Shown: positions 10,056 through 20,505 of the stretch, piece by piece
Layout: each line of letters opens with the position of its first letter
Position numbering within the stretch: position 1 is the first letter of the stretch
Sequence record: SRR20825006_498
Direction: 5' to 3' (one strand)
DNA length: 64,000 bases
The notes under the pieces: model-generated
Told to the model about the DNA's origin: nothing
Databases searched by the model: none
The model's input: the letters and a program-made list of their open reading frames with translations, nothing else
Position numbers and translations under genes: made by a program

Positions 10056-10709
10056 ATGGACCGCCCGACGAAACTTCTGACCACCATGGCTGCCCTGACA
10101 GTGACCCTGCTTTCAGTTGAAAGCGCGTCGGCGCATCCGCATGTCTTTGTTGATGCGCGGCTGGAAGTCGTAGCCGATGATGATGGCTACGTCACGCAAT
10201 TGCAGAATGTCTGGCGATTCGACGAGTTTTTCTCCTCGTCCGTCATCCTCGACTATGACACCAATATGGACAACAAGCTCACGGGCGACGAACTGACCGA
10301 GATTGGCGAAACTGTGCGCGATTCCCTTGGCGATTACGACTATTACACCCAGATTTCCGACAATGATAAAGATATCAAGCTCAAAAAACCCGATGTTATT
10401 CATGCCGACATGAAGGATGGTCAGTTGCTTCTATTCTTTGCCGCGGAGCCAGAAAAACCGCTGAAACTCTCCGGTCACCTGACATTCGGCGTCTATGATC
10501 CGACCATGTATACGGCTATAAACTTTCACAGCGACAGCGACATTGTCACCATGGGCGATGCCTTCCAAAACTGCAGGGAAGCTGTGCTGCGCCCGGACCC
10601 CGACGAAGTGATCAATGAGAACCAGGACGCGCTGACCGCTGCGTTTTTCAGTGATCCCACCGATATGAGCAAGTTGTTTGCCACCAAGCTGGATGTAAGA
10701 TGCGATTGA
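10056..10709 (+). CDS. DUF1007-family periplasmic protein
   Basis: Signal peptide then AHPHVFVD, WRFDEFFSS, YDPTMY; overlaps the transporter start. Confidence 0.85.
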   Translation: MDRPTKLLTTMAALTVTLLSVESASAHPHVFVDARLEVVADDDGYVTQLQNVWRFDEFFSSSVILDYDTNMDNKLTGDELTEIGETVRDSLGDYDYYTQISDNDKDIKLKKPDVIHADMKDGQLLLFFAAEPEKPLKLSGHLTFGVYDPTMYTAINFHSDSDIVTMGDAFQNCREAVLRPDPDEVINENQDALTAAFFSDPTDMSKLFATKLDVRCD

Positions 10710-11785
10710 TCCGATTGTTTTTTCCGGTTTTCCTCCTGCTTCTTGCCTTTGCTGCAGGCGCAGCCGTGGCGCATGCCCAGACACCGCTTGGTATCGGCAC
10801 AGCCGAGCCGTCTTTTTCCTCATCCTTCGGGCCATTGCAGCATCTGCTGACCACCATCAACCAGTATCAGCAGCAATTTTATCACGCTTTGACAGCCGCG
10901 CTCAAAGCGATGCGCGATGATCCCGTCAAGGTTCTCGGTCTCGTCGGGCTATCCTTTGCCTACGGTGTTTTCCACGCTGCTGGCCCCGGCCATGGCAAGG
11001 TGGTCATTTCCTCTTATCTGATTGCCAACGAAACCGAGCTGAAGCGCGGCGTTCTGATCGCGCTGCTGTCTTCTCTGGCACAGGGTGTAGCCGCTGTTTT
11101 GCTGGTCGGCACCGCCTATCTCGTCCTGCGCGGCACCGCGATCTCCATGCGCGACGCAACACTTTTCATGGAACGCGCCAGTTTCCTGCTGGTAGCCGTC
11201 TTCGGTGCCTGGCTTTTGTTTTCCAAAACCCGTTCCATTTTCTTCAGGAACGGACACCATCACAGCCACGGCCCGGAACTGGCAGGTACTGCCAATATGC
11301 CCGCACACCTGGACGAGCACGAAAATGGGCACGATCATTTCCATACACATGAAGAACATGCGCATCACCGGCACCAAAGTGACCATGAGCACCACGTTCA
11401 TGGTCCCGAATGCGGTTGCGGCCATGCGCACATGCCGGACCCGTCGGCCATCGGCGGCAAGGATTTGGACTGGAAGGGCGCTGGCTCCGCCATTCTCGCC
11501 ATCGGTATGCGGCCATGCTCCGGCGCCCTGATCGTGCTGACCTTTGCCCTTTTGAACGGGTTGATCCTTGGCGGTATCGCTTCGGTTTTTGCCATGGCCA
11601 TCGGCACAGCCATCACCGTATCGGCGCTTGCCATTATCGCCGTATCGGCCAAAGGCCTCGCCGTCCGGCTCGCCGGACGTGAAAACGGACGCGGCGCAGT
11701 GATCGGTCACACCATCGAAATCACTGGCGCGCTCGCGGTCATGCTGATGGGGCTCATGCTGTTCTCCGCATCAATGGCGGGGTAA
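10700..11785 (+). CDS. Nickel/cobalt transporter (RcnA/NicO family)
   Basis: HAAGPGHGK motif, His-rich loop, GMRPCSGA. Confidence 0.9.
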   Translation: MRLIRLFFPVFLLLLAFAAGAAVAHAQTPLGIGTAEPSFSSSFGPLQHLLTTINQYQQQFYHALTAALKAMRDDPVKVLGLVGLSFAYGVFHAAGPGHGKVVISSYLIANETELKRGVLIALLSSLAQGVAAVLLVGTAYLVLRGTAISMRDATLFMERASFLLVAVFGAWLLFSKTRSIFFRNGHHHSHGPELAGTANMPAHLDEHENGHDHFHTHEEHAHHRHQSDHEHHVHGPECGCGHAHMPDPSAIGGKDLDWKGAGSAILAIGMRPCSGALIVLTFALLNGLILGGIASVFAMAIGTAITVSALAIIAVSAKGLAVRLAGRENGRGAVIGHTIEITGALAVMLMGLMLFSASMAG

Positions 11786-11795
11786 CCAACAGCGC

Positions 11796-12707
11796 TCAGG
11801 CGTTGCGGGCCGCCGCGACAAAAGCCGCACCTTCCCTGCCATACAGAAAGCCATTGGAAAGCGGCGCGGCCGGATAGAGAGCTTTCAGCTGTTCAAGTGC
11901 CGCTTCTGCTTCCGTTCTCCCGTCAAGAACGGCCCGGTAGATTTCAGAGACCGCCACCATATCGCAATCCTGCGGCGACAGGCGGAAGCGGGCAATGCCT
12001 GCCTCCGCCAGCCCCCCCATCTCGCCCACCAGCGCCTGACAGGTATGTGACACCGTCTGAACACCATTCAGGGCGAGGAATGGCTGCCGGTCGAGTGTGC
12101 GTACCGACAGCCCGTCGGGATCGTCCTTGCAGACGAACTGGCAATTATCCTTGACCTTGCCTTTTGAGCGGGCATGGGCGCAGCGCGCCGAAATGGCAAG
12201 CGGCATACGACCGAAGGCGAAAACCTCCAGATCGAGGCCGGGCTTTTCCGCCGCAATGGCCTCAATGGATGATAGCGGAAGCTCGGGTGGAAGACAGATC
12301 GCTGTTGCCCCACGCTGCTGCAAAAGCCGGGCTGTCGGTGCATTATAGACATTCACCAGCGGCCCAACCGTATAAGGCCGACCTTTCAGGAAGTTGAGCG
12401 CCGACAGGTCATTGGCCTCAACCGTATAGCTATCATCTTCAGCCATTTCCCGGATCTGGCGGACTTCCCGGTTCAGCGTCACCAGCGCATAGGTGGAAAG
12501 CACCACTTCCTTGCCCGCTGCCTCCAGCCGCTCGATAACGTCGGCCATATAAGGCTCGATGAAATGCTGGCGTTTGGAACAGACCGTCTCGCCGATCACG
12601 ACCCTTGAAACCGGTGCTTCGTCAGCGATGCGAAAATAGAAGTCCCGCCATTTCTCGCCCTCCCACAGGTAGTAGACGGGTCCAAAGGTAAGCTTCGCAT
12701 CTGTCAT
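11796..12707 (-). CDS. ubiV: O2-independent ubiquinone hydroxylase subunit (U32 family)
   Basis: GPVYYLW, GETVCSKR, SARCAHAR, NCQFVC Fe-S cysteines; follows ubiU. Confidence 0.9.
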   Translation of the reverse strand: MTDAKLTFGPVYYLWEGEKWRDFYFRIADEAPVSRVVIGETVCSKRQHFIEPYMADVIERLEAAGKEVVLSTYALVTLNREVRQIREMAEDDSYTVEANDLSALNFLKGRPYTVGPLVNVYNAPTARLLQQRGATAICLPPELPLSSIEAIAAEKPGLDLEVFAFGRMPLAISARCAHARSKGKVKDNCQFVCKDDPDGLSVRTLDRQPFLALNGVQTVSHTCQALVGEMGGLAEAGIARFRLSPQDCDMVAVSEIYRAVLDGRTEAEAALEQLKALYPAAPLSNGFLYGREGAAFVAAARNA

Positions 12708-12709
12708 GT

Positions 12710-13687
12710 CTATCGCCATTTCTTTTCATATGCGCCGGATGTGGTCTTGCCGCCTTCTGAAAGCCCTTTCAGCCGGGACAGAAGCGCTGCACGCTCTTCC
12801 GGCGCAGCACCAAGCGCTTTTTTCAATGTTGATACGACCTCGAAGACGTAGGCCTTGCCACGCTGGCGGCCTTCGATCTTCAGTGCTGAAACGCCGGCGG
12901 CGCGCAAGGCGTCGATCTCGCTCATCACATCCAGCGAAACCGGATCTTCAAAGGCATAACCGCAGGCCTCCCCAATATCGAACCGGCCCTTGCATAACGT
13001 CGGATAACCCGCAGCTTCGCCATCGCCAAAACGGTTGATCGTGTAGCCGCCCAGCTCGGAGACCATATCATTGCCTTCGCGACGATAGCGCACATGGCTG
13101 GCCGGTGAGCAAACGCCGTTCATGTTCGGCGATTTTCCAGTTGCATAGGAGGACAGCGAGCAACGCCCTTCCGCCATCACGCAAAGCCCGCCGAAGACGA
13201 AAACCTCGATCTCGCATTTCACGGCCCTGCCGATACGGGCAATGTCGGCAATCGTCAGCGTGCGCGGCAAAACCACACGCTTCGCATTGAAGGCATCCAC
13301 GAGAAAGCTGATCGCCTCCGGGTTGGAAGCGGACGCCTGAACCGAAACATGCAGGCGCTGCTCGGGATATTTTTCAGCCACATGCGCCATAAGGCCGAAA
13401 TCGGCCAGGATCAGTGCATCAGCGCCAAACCCGGAGGCATCAGCGGCACCCTGATACCAGATGTCTTCAGCACCCGCACGCATGAAGGTATTAAGCGCCA
13501 CCAGCACTTTTGTGCCGTGCTGATGGGCATAGGCAATCGCGTCTCGCAGTTCTTCGCGGGAAAAATTCAGACCTGGAAAATTGCGGGCGTTAGTCTCGTC
13601 ACGAAAGCCACAATAGACCGCATCCGCACCCGCTTCGACAGCAGCGCGGAAGGCTGACGGTGTACCCGCCGGACAGATCAGTTCCAT
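12710..13687 (-). CDS. ubiU: O2-independent ubiquinone hydroxylase subunit (U32 family)
   Basis: MELICPAG, TNARNFPGLNF, LCVMAEGRCSLSSY, GVCSP, PTLCKGRF, KIEGRQR. Confidence 0.93.
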   Translation of the reverse strand: MELICPAGTPSAFRAAVEAGADAVYCGFRDETNARNFPGLNFSREELRDAIAYAHQHGTKVLVALNTFMRAGAEDIWYQGAADASGFGADALILADFGLMAHVAEKYPEQRLHVSVQASASNPEAISFLVDAFNAKRVVLPRTLTIADIARIGRAVKCEIEVFVFGGLCVMAEGRCSLSSYATGKSPNMNGVCSPASHVRYRREGNDMVSELGGYTINRFGDGEAAGYPTLCKGRFDIGEACGYAFEDPVSLDVMSEIDALRAAGVSALKIEGRQRGKAYVFEVVSTLKKALGAAPEERAALLSRLKGLSEGGKTTSGAYEKKWR

Positions 13688-14184
13688 GATCGCGGCTCCT
13701 CGAACAAAACCTTGCCGCGAATGCGTGCTGCCGTGTGAGCGATCATCGGCGCGAACGGCCCCGCAAGCGCCGAAAGATCTTTTGGCAAATCGATATCGCA
13801 ATCATCCAGCGCGTTTCGAAGCGCCAGCATCGCCTCCATATCACCACTGACGACCAGGTCGCGCGAGAAGAACAATGCATCGCCATCCAGCCGCCCCTCC
13901 ATCAGTGCCAGCAGAATGAAGAACGGCCCCTCAATCACCGCATCTGCATGAATTTCCGCATCGCAGCGCAGAACCGTCACCGTCTCTTCCGCCGGCTCGA
14001 TCAGGAAAGTGAACGGAAGGTCTGCCGGGCGAAAAGCGAAACGCTTGGTTTTGTGCTCACCCAGCCGCTCGAACAGGCCGGGGTGCTGGCGCATCAGACG
14101 CTTCAACAACATGTTGGCAGTCCGTTCTGCCAGCGGGATCGGAACCAGATCGAATGGAATTGCGAGGACGGGCGGTAATTGCAT
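13678..14184 (-). CDS. ubiT: SCP2-domain ubiquinone accessory factor
   Basis: DGDALFFSRDLVVSGDMEAMLALRNALD; directly upstream of ubiU. Confidence 0.9.
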   Translation of the reverse strand: MQLPPVLAIPFDLVPIPLAERTANMLLKRLMRQHPGLFERLGEHKTKRFAFRPADLPFTFLIEPAEETVTVLRCDAEIHADAVIEGPFFILLALMEGRLDGDALFFSRDLVVSGDMEAMLALRNALDDCDIDLPKDLSALAGPFAPMIAHTAARIRGKVLFEEPRSWN

Positions 14185-14245
14185 TATCTTGTCTTTCGCT
14201 AAGCTTTCATGCCCCGCAAACTATCGGCTGTCAGGCAGCAGTGAT

Positions 14246-14259
14246 TTGAGCTAGCGCAA
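14246..14259. promoter_or_regulatory. FNR/FixK-type box
   Basis: TTGAGCTAGCGCAA, 7/8 match to TTGA-N6-TCAA, between ubiT and ubiD. Confidence 0.6.
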
Positions 14260-14293
14260 AGACCGGAGCTTTTCTCAAAGCCATTTATGGTCG

Positions 14294-15790
14294 ATGAAAA
14301 GTGATACACCACCGCGCCGCTACGACGGCCTTCAGGACTTTCTGGCCGCGCTGGAAACACGCGGACGGCTGAAGCGTATTTCCAGGCCGGTGGCGCTGAA
14401 ACACGAGATCACCGAAATTCACCGGCGGGTTCTGCACCAAGGTGGTCCGGCACTTTATTTTGAAAAGCCGGTGAATGATCAGGGGCAGATCAGCCCGATC
14501 CCGCTTGTTGCCAATCTGTTTGGCACACGCGAACGCATCGAATGGGGTTTCGGCCTCAAGACCGGTGAGATCGGCAAGCTTGCAAATCTCCTGAACGCGT
14601 TGAAATCACCGCACCCTCCGTCAAGTTTTCGCGAGGCCATGGGGAGCCTGCCGCTTTTGCGCTCAGCGCTTTCGCTTGGCAGCAGGACGCAAAGCCATGC
14701 GCAGTCTCAGGCTATCATCTGGCGCGGCGCGGAGATTGATATGGACCGGCTGCCGGTGCAATGGTGCTGGCCGGGCGAACCGGCTCCGCTTGTCACCTGG
14801 CCGCTGGTCATCACCCGCGATCACGACAATCCGCATGATATCAATGTCGGTGTTTACCGGATGCAGAAGTTGGGCAAAGACCGGTTGATCATGCGCTGGC
14901 TTTCCCAGCGCGGCGGCGCCAAGCACTTCCGTTCATGGAAGAAAGCGGGCAAGGACATGCCGGTAGTAATCGCCATCGGCACCGACCCGGCGACAATCCT
15001 CTCCGCCGTCATGCCATTGCCCGAAGGTATGAGTGAACTGGATTTCGCAGGTGTTCTGAACGGTCATAAAACCCGTGTCGCTGCGGGCATCACGCAGAAG
15101 CTGCCGGTGCCCGCCAATGCGGAGATCGTGCTGGAAGGCGTGGTTTCGGCAACCGAGGAAGCCGATGAGGGGCCTTATGGCGATCACACCGGCTATTTCA
15201 ATGCGGTTGAACGTTTTCCGGTCGTGACACTTTCCGCCATCACAATGCGGCAAAAACCGGTTTATCTTTCCACATATACCGGTCGCCCGCCGGATGAACC
15301 TTCCGTTTTGGGCGAAGCCATGAATGAACTTTTCATTCCGCTGGTCAAACAGCAGTTTCCGGAAGTCATCGATATTTACCTTCCGCCGGAGGCCTGTTCC
15401 TACCGCGCTATCGTGATCGCCATTGATAAACGCTATCCCGGTCAGGCACGGCGGGTGATGATGGGGCTTTGGTCGATGTTGTCGCAATTCAACATGACCA
15501 AGCTGATCATCGTCGTCGATCCTGATATCAATGTGCGCGACTGGAAGGATGTGATCTGGGCGCTTTCAACGCGCTTCGATGCCGCCCGCGACACAATGCT
15601 GATCGAGAATACGCCGATTGACTATCTCGACTTTGCCTCACCGAAAGCCGGCCTTGGCGGCAAGCTGGGGCTGGACGCGACGGTCAAGCTCGGCACCGAG
15701 ACCGAGCGTGAATGGGGCGACGTTTTGAAAATGACGCCGGAGGTCAGCGATCATATCGATAGCATCTGGCAGGAACTGGGACTGGACTGA
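14294..15790 (+). CDS. ubiD: UbiD-family prFMN decarboxylase
   Basis: EGPYGDHTGY, TYTGRPPDEP, LPPEACSYR, NTPIDYLDFASP. Confidence 0.93.
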   Translation: MKSDTPPRRYDGLQDFLAALETRGRLKRISRPVALKHEITEIHRRVLHQGGPALYFEKPVNDQGQISPIPLVANLFGTRERIEWGFGLKTGEIGKLANLLNALKSPHPPSSFREAMGSLPLLRSALSLGSRTQSHAQSQAIIWRGAEIDMDRLPVQWCWPGEPAPLVTWPLVITRDHDNPHDINVGVYRMQKLGKDRLIMRWLSQRGGAKHFRSWKKAGKDMPVVIAIGTDPATILSAVMPLPEGMSELDFAGVLNGHKTRVAAGITQKLPVPANAEIVLEGVVSATEEADEGPYGDHTGYFNAVERFPVVTLSAITMRQKPVYLSTYTGRPPDEPSVLGEAMNELFIPLVKQQFPEVIDIYLPPEACSYRAIVIAIDKRYPGQARRVMMGLWSMLSQFNMTKLIIVVDPDINVRDWKDVIWALSTRFDAARDTMLIENTPIDYLDFASPKAGLGGKLGLDATVKLGTETEREWGDVLKMTPEVSDHIDSIWQELGLD

Positions 15791-15796
15791 TGGGGC

Positions 15797-16012
15797 TTAC
15801 TTGCCATGACGGCGCTGATAACGCCCTCTGAGCCAGAACACGAAGAACACCGCCAATACAAATAAAGTGCCGACCGCCACAGCCAGCCAGGGCGAAAACC
15901 GTGCAACGAAGTTGACGATATCGGGCAGGAAGTAGCCGCCGAGCAGCATTCCGGCAAAAATGATCGCAGCCGCGATCAACGTTGAACGGCTGGTCTTCGT
16001 CGGCTCACTCAT
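15797..16012 (-). CDS. Small two-TM hypothetical protein
   Basis: Two hydrophobic helices, basic C-terminus, ATGA overlap with upstream GNAT. Confidence 0.7.
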   Translation of the reverse strand: MSEPTKTSRSTLIAAAIIFAGMLLGGYFLPDIVNFVARFSPWLAVAVGTLFVLAVFFVFWLRGRYQRRHGK

Positions 16013-16701
16013 TTGGTGCTCCCGATGTCACGAAAATCTCCGAGATTTTTCTTCTGCTGACCATTATCATCGAAGTTTTCCGGCGAAAGCCACGCTTCAA
16101 AAGCGCTGCGATGACCGGGCCATTCTCCGTCGATGATGGAGTACCAGGCCGTATCCCGGTTCTTCCCCTTGGAAACCACATGCTGACGGAAAACGCCTTC
16201 GAAGGTAAACCCCAGACGCTTGGCGGCGGCATGGCTTCTGGCGTTATCGTTGTGACATTTCCATTCATAACGCCGGTAGCCGAGGTCATCAAAGATATGC
16301 CGTGCCAGCAGATAATGGGCTTCTGTTGCCATGGGTGAGCGCTGCATGGCCGGACCATGGGCCACCGAGCCGACCTCGATAGAGCCGTTTTGCTCATCGA
16401 TCCGCATATAGCTGGCCATACCGACAACCTTGCCATCGGATACGCTTTTAAAAACCCGTGTAATCCATGCACCGGTTTGGTTTTGGTGACTGAGCCAGTC
16501 GGCAAAATCGGCATAGCCGAAAAAATCAGATTGCGGAAAATAGTGAAGAAGCGCGTTTACGGCCTCGGGTGAGCCACCCAGTCCCTGCCAGAGTTTTTCG
16601 GCGTGATCGTCGGCACTGTATGGTTCGACCACGACATAAAGCCCGCGCTGATGGATCGGTTGCGGGCGCAGGCGTGGCGAAAAATCAGACAGGTCTGCCA
16701 T
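16009..16701 (-). CDS. GNAT acetyltransferase, RimJ/RimL family
   Basis: LGYRRYEWKCHNDN, LGFTFEGVFRQH, NRDTAWYSI; AGGGAG RBS before 16701. Confidence 0.88.
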   Translation of the reverse strand: MADLSDFSPRLRPQPIHQRGLYVVVEPYSADDHAEKLWQGLGGSPEAVNALLHYFPQSDFFGYADFADWLSHQNQTGAWITRVFKSVSDGKVVGMASYMRIDEQNGSIEVGSVAHGPAMQRSPMATEAHYLLARHIFDDLGYRRYEWKCHNDNARSHAAAKRLGFTFEGVFRQHVVSKGKNRDTAWYSIIDGEWPGHRSAFEAWLSPENFDDNGQQKKNLGDFRDIGSTK

Positions 16702-16772
16702 ATGTATTTCTCCCTGCCTCAAAAAACATGGCGGGTGCCACAAAGGGCACCCGAATAATCATCAGATCCAGT

Positions 16773-17414
16773 TCAGAACTTCAGCGTTGCGCAGGCATCC
16801 TGAGCCAGTTTCTTAATGCCGTCCCAGTCGCCCTTGGTAACCAGATCCTTCGGTGCCACCCAGGAACCGCCAACGCAAAGCACGTTCGGCAGCTTCAGAT
16901 AATCCGGTGCATTCTGCAGCGAAATACCGCCCGTCGGGCAGAACTTGATATCGGAAAGCGGCGAGGACAGAGCCTTCAGATAGGGCGCACCACCGGCCTG
17001 TTCCGCCGGGAAGAATTTCATGACACGATAGCCTTCCTCGCGCAGCGAAAGCACTTCGCTGGCTGTTGCCGTGCCCGGCAGAAGCGGAATGTCACTATCA
17101 TCGGCAGCATCAAGAATATCGCCGTTGATTCCGGGCGATACGATGAACTTCGCACCGGCCTTTTCAGCCGCTTCGTAATCTTTCGCTGACAGGATGGTGC
17201 CAGCGCCGATAACGGCGTCTTCAATCTCGTCCGACATGGCCTTGATCACATCAAGCGCTGCATCGGTACGCAGTGTGATTTCCAGAGCCTTAAGGCCACC
17301 TTCGACCAGCGCACGGGCCAGCGGCACGGCATGCTCGACCGACTCAACGATCAGCACCGGAACGACCGGCTGGGCAGTGAGAACTTTAAGGAGATTATCA
17401 GTTTTGGCTTCCAT
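16773..17414 (-). CDS. eda: KDPG/KHG aldolase
   Basis: LEITLRT, IGAGTIL, KFFPAEQAGG, FCPTGGI. Confidence 0.95.
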   Translation of the reverse strand: MEAKTDNLLKVLTAQPVVPVLIVESVEHAVPLARALVEGGLKALEITLRTDAALDVIKAMSDEIEDAVIGAGTILSAKDYEAAEKAGAKFIVSPGINGDILDAADDSDIPLLPGTATASEVLSLREEGYRVMKFFPAEQAGGAPYLKALSSPLSDIKFCPTGGISLQNAPDYLKLPNVLCVGGSWVAPKDLVTKGDWDGIKKLAQDACATLKF

Positions 17415-17580
17415 GGTCGCTCTGCCTCATTAACTAAACTCAGGGTGCAATTGAAATACCGCGCCGCAGGCACCAAGTCGAGCCTAAACCGCGTATGGCA
17501 TCTTCATAACTTGTTTTTGTTATGTCAGTTTGATCTCGATTAAGAACATATGGTTGCGACGGATCAGGGAGTGAACCCGC

Positions 17581-18057
17581 ATGGCCAAGGAAATCGAACG
17601 CAAGTTTCTGGTTTCAGGTGACGAGTGGAAGGATCTGGCAGAGGCAGGGACGCGGTTGACGCAGGCCTACATCATGGGTGGTCCGGACCGCTCGCTGCGG
17701 GTTAGGACTTACGATGAAAAGACCGCGAAGCTGACCATAAAAATCGGCACGGCTGCCATGACCCGCGATGAGTATGAATATGACATTCCCATTGACGATG
17801 CGCGCGAAATGGCTGAACACGCCACCGGCGTGATCATCGACAAAACCCGTTACCGGCTGCCTGATGGCGATTTCATCTGGGAGATCGATGTGTTTCACGG
17901 CGCCCATGCCGGTCTCATCGTTGCAGAGGTGGAACTGCCGGACGAGACGGCAACTCCACCTCTGCCCGAGTGGCTGGGGCGCGAAGTCACCGGTGACCGG
18001 CGTTATCTGAACCATACCCTTTCCATAACCGGCGGCGCGCCTGAGGAGACAGACTGA
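17581..18057 (+). CDS. CYTH-domain triphosphate tunnel metalloenzyme
   Basis: EIERKFLV, EYEYDIP, WEIDVFHG, VAEVEL. Confidence 0.92.
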   Translation: MAKEIERKFLVSGDEWKDLAEAGTRLTQAYIMGGPDRSLRVRTYDEKTAKLTIKIGTAAMTRDEYEYDIPIDDAREMAEHATGVIIDKTRYRLPDGDFIWEIDVFHGAHAGLIVAEVELPDETATPPLPEWLGREVTGDRRYLNHTLSITGGAPEETD

Positions 18058-18058
18058 A

Positions 18059-18970
18059 ATGAGCTATACCCTTAATCCGGAAAAGCCGCTTTCAGAAACA
18101 TTCCGCTCGGTTGCCGTCTCCCAGCTCGAAGATGCGGCGAAAATCCTGAAACATCAGCCGAAAGGCCTGCATGAGGCCGTGCATGATGCACGCAAGAAGC
18201 TCAAGCGTGTGCGCGGACTTTATCGTCTGATACGTCCCGGCGCAAAAGAGTTTGCCCGCACTGAAAACGTGCGCATCCGGGAGATGGCTTCCAGCCTTTC
18301 AGCCGAACGCGATGCCACCGCCCTTATCGAATGCGTTGGCCTTTTGCGGGCGAAAAACCCCGGTCCCGAAGCCGATATCGCCCTGGCGCAGCTGGAGCAG
18401 GCGCTTCAGGCGCGACGCGCCGACGCTGCCGCACCGGATGCCCAACTGCAGGATAAGGTAAAAGCTGCCATTCGCACCTGCCATGAAGCGATCAATGCCG
18501 CTTCTTCACATCATTTCGACGACGACAACAAGGCTGCAGCAAAAGTTATAGCCAAGGGCTGGAGAAAGACGCTGTCCGACGCACAGGTCGCGTTGATGAC
18601 GGCGCAGGCAACCGGACTGAATGAAGATTTTCACGAGTTGAGAAAGCGCAGCCAGAACTACTGGATGTATTGCGCGCTGGTTTCCCCGGCCTGGCCTTCC
18701 GCACTGAAAGCCAAGCGCAAAGATGCCAAATCGCTGGCTGACACGCTGGGCAACGAACACGATATGAGCGTTCTCATCACCCTTCTCGATAGTGATGAAC
18801 ACCTGACCATCTCTGCCGCCGCACGCGCATTAAGCAGCAAGACAGCGTTTTCAGTCCGAAAGAAGTTACGAAAGCAAGCGATCAGGGCCGCACGCCGCAT
18901 CTTCACGGATGAAGCAAAGGACGAGGCGGTGATCATCAAAAAACTGTGGCGCAACGCCGCTGATAATTGA
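18059..18970 (+). CDS. CHAD-domain protein
   Basis: [25 protein letters not shown]; follows CYTH. Confidence 0.9.
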   Translation: MSYTLNPEKPLSETFRSVAVSQLEDAAKILKHQPKGLHEAVHDARKKLKRVRGLYRLIRPGAKEFARTENVRIREMASSLSAERDATALIECVGLLRAKNPGPEADIALAQLEQALQARRADAAAPDAQLQDKVKAAIRTCHEAINAASSHHFDDDNKAAAKVIAKGWRKTLSDAQVALMTAQATGLNEDFHELRKRSQNYWMYCALVSPAWPSALKAKRKDAKSLADTLGNEHDMSVLITLLDSDEHLTISAAARALSSKTAFSVRKKLRKQAIRAARRIFTDEAKDEAVIIKKLWRNAADN

Positions 18971-19071
18971 TGAGGCTCAGGTTTGCCACCGATTGCCAAA
19001 CAACAGGGATGGGTGTATTTCCCAACGCCATGACAAAAACCGGCGAAATTCAAGAGATGCGGAGCAAGTCC

Positions 19072-19989
19072 ATGGAAAACCATGGCCCTTATTTGGTCGC
19101 GGCCCTTTATCACTTTGCGCGCTTTGCCGATTATAAGGCCTTTCGTGCGCCACTTCTGGCAAAAGCTGAGGAGAACGGCATCAAAGGCACGCTTCTGCTG
19201 GCCGCCGAAGGCATAAACGGTACGGTTGCCGGAACGCCGGAAGGCATAGCCAACCTGCTTGCCTTTATCCGTGCGCGACCGGAATTTGCCGCATTGGAGC
19301 ACAAGGAAAGCCACGCCTCGAATATGCCCTTCTACCGTATGAAAGTACGGCTCAAGAAAGAGATTGTAACCATGGGTGTTGACGATATCGACCCCCTGAA
19401 AACGGTCGGTACCTATGTCGATCCGAAGGACTGGAACGACCTGATTTCCGATCCTGATACGATCGTGATTGACACCCGCAACGACTATGAAACCGCCATC
19501 GGCATCTTCAAAGGCGCAGTTGACCCGCAAACCAAGACCTTCCGCGAGTTTCCGCGCTGGGTTGCCGAAAACAAGGGCCTGCACAACAAGCCGAAGATCG
19601 CCATGTACTGCACTGGCGGCATTCGCTGCGAAAAGGCTTCTGCCTATATGAAGGAGCAGGGTTTTGATGAGGTTTATCACCTCAAGGGCGGTATTCTGAA
19701 ATATCTGGAAGAAGTCCCGGAACAGGAAAGCCTTTGGGACGGTGCCTGCTTCGTCTTCGATGAGCGCGTCTCAGTGACCCATGGTCTGAAAGAAGGCGAG
19801 CACGAGCTTTGCCATGCCTGCCGTCAACCGATCACCCTGGAAGACAAGCGCTCACCATTTTATGAAGCCGGGGTGTCCTGCCCCCATTGCCACGACCAGT
19901 ATTCCGAGAATGACCGTTCTCGTTTCCGTGAGCGCCAACATCAGATCGCACTGGCCAAAGAGCGTGGCGAACGGCACATCGGAGCCTAA
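19072..19989 (+). CDS. trhO: O2-dependent tRNA uridine(34) hydroxylase
   Basis: [43 protein letters not shown]; start uncertain (19030-19072). Confidence 0.9.
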   Translation: MENHGPYLVAALYHFARFADYKAFRAPLLAKAEENGIKGTLLLAAEGINGTVAGTPEGIANLLAFIRARPEFAALEHKESHASNMPFYRMKVRLKKEIVTMGVDDIDPLKTVGTYVDPKDWNDLISDPDTIVIDTRNDYETAIGIFKGAVDPQTKTFREFPRWVAENKGLHNKPKIAMYCTGGIRCEKASAYMKEQGFDEVYHLKGGILKYLEEVPEQESLWDGACFVFDERVSVTHGLKEGEHELCHACRQPITLEDKRSPFYEAGVSCPHCHDQYSENDRSRFRERQHQIALAKERGERHIGA

Positions 19990-20432
19990 AAATCCGCCAG
20001 GCGCGTTTTGACAGAATTGAGTGCGCTAACAAGATCCGAAAAACTCTTCCGCAGCCGATGGTCCATCTCGGCTGCGATTGCCGGATATTCTTCGATCAGC
20101 CGGATAAACTGCGTACGCTGAATGAAGAGCACGTCCGTAACCTCGGTGGCACTTGCCGTCAGCCTGTAAGGTAACGCACTGATCAGTGCGGTTTCGGCCA
20201 GAAGGCTTCCCGGCCCGGCGATCCCGAACTGCCGCCCACCGGCCTCAAGACCAAGTTGACCGCTGGCAACCAGATAGGCACCGTCACTGATCATGCCTTC
20301 TTCAAAGACAATATCGCCATCTGCGAAGGTCAGCCGTTCTGCGGTAAAGGCGATCAGACGCAACTGATCACCAGAAAAGCCGGAGAACAGGTCGGCATCC
20401 CGCAATGCCGCGATATCGTCAGCCAGTGTCAA
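19986..20432 (-). CDS. Cyclic-nucleotide-binding domain protein
   Basis: [19 protein letters not shown]...AYLVASG cNMP fold. Confidence 0.82.
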   Translation of the reverse strand: MTLADDIAALRDADLFSGFSGDQLRLIAFTAERLTFADGDIVFEEGMISDGAYLVASGQLGLEAGGRQFGIAGPGSLLAETALISALPYRLTASATEVTDVLFIQRTQFIRLIEEYPAIAAEMDHRLRKSFSDLVSALNSVKTRLADF

Positions 20433-20505
20433 TGTTTATGCCCCCGTTTTCGCGCCTTCTGATGAAGGTCACGCCTTTTCCCGTCGCATCATATCCTGCC
20501 TGGTT

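Noticed and set aside
11240..11440. His-rich CAY-repeat tract
   Set aside because: Normal metal-binding loop of RcnA/NicO transporters, not a DNA repeat
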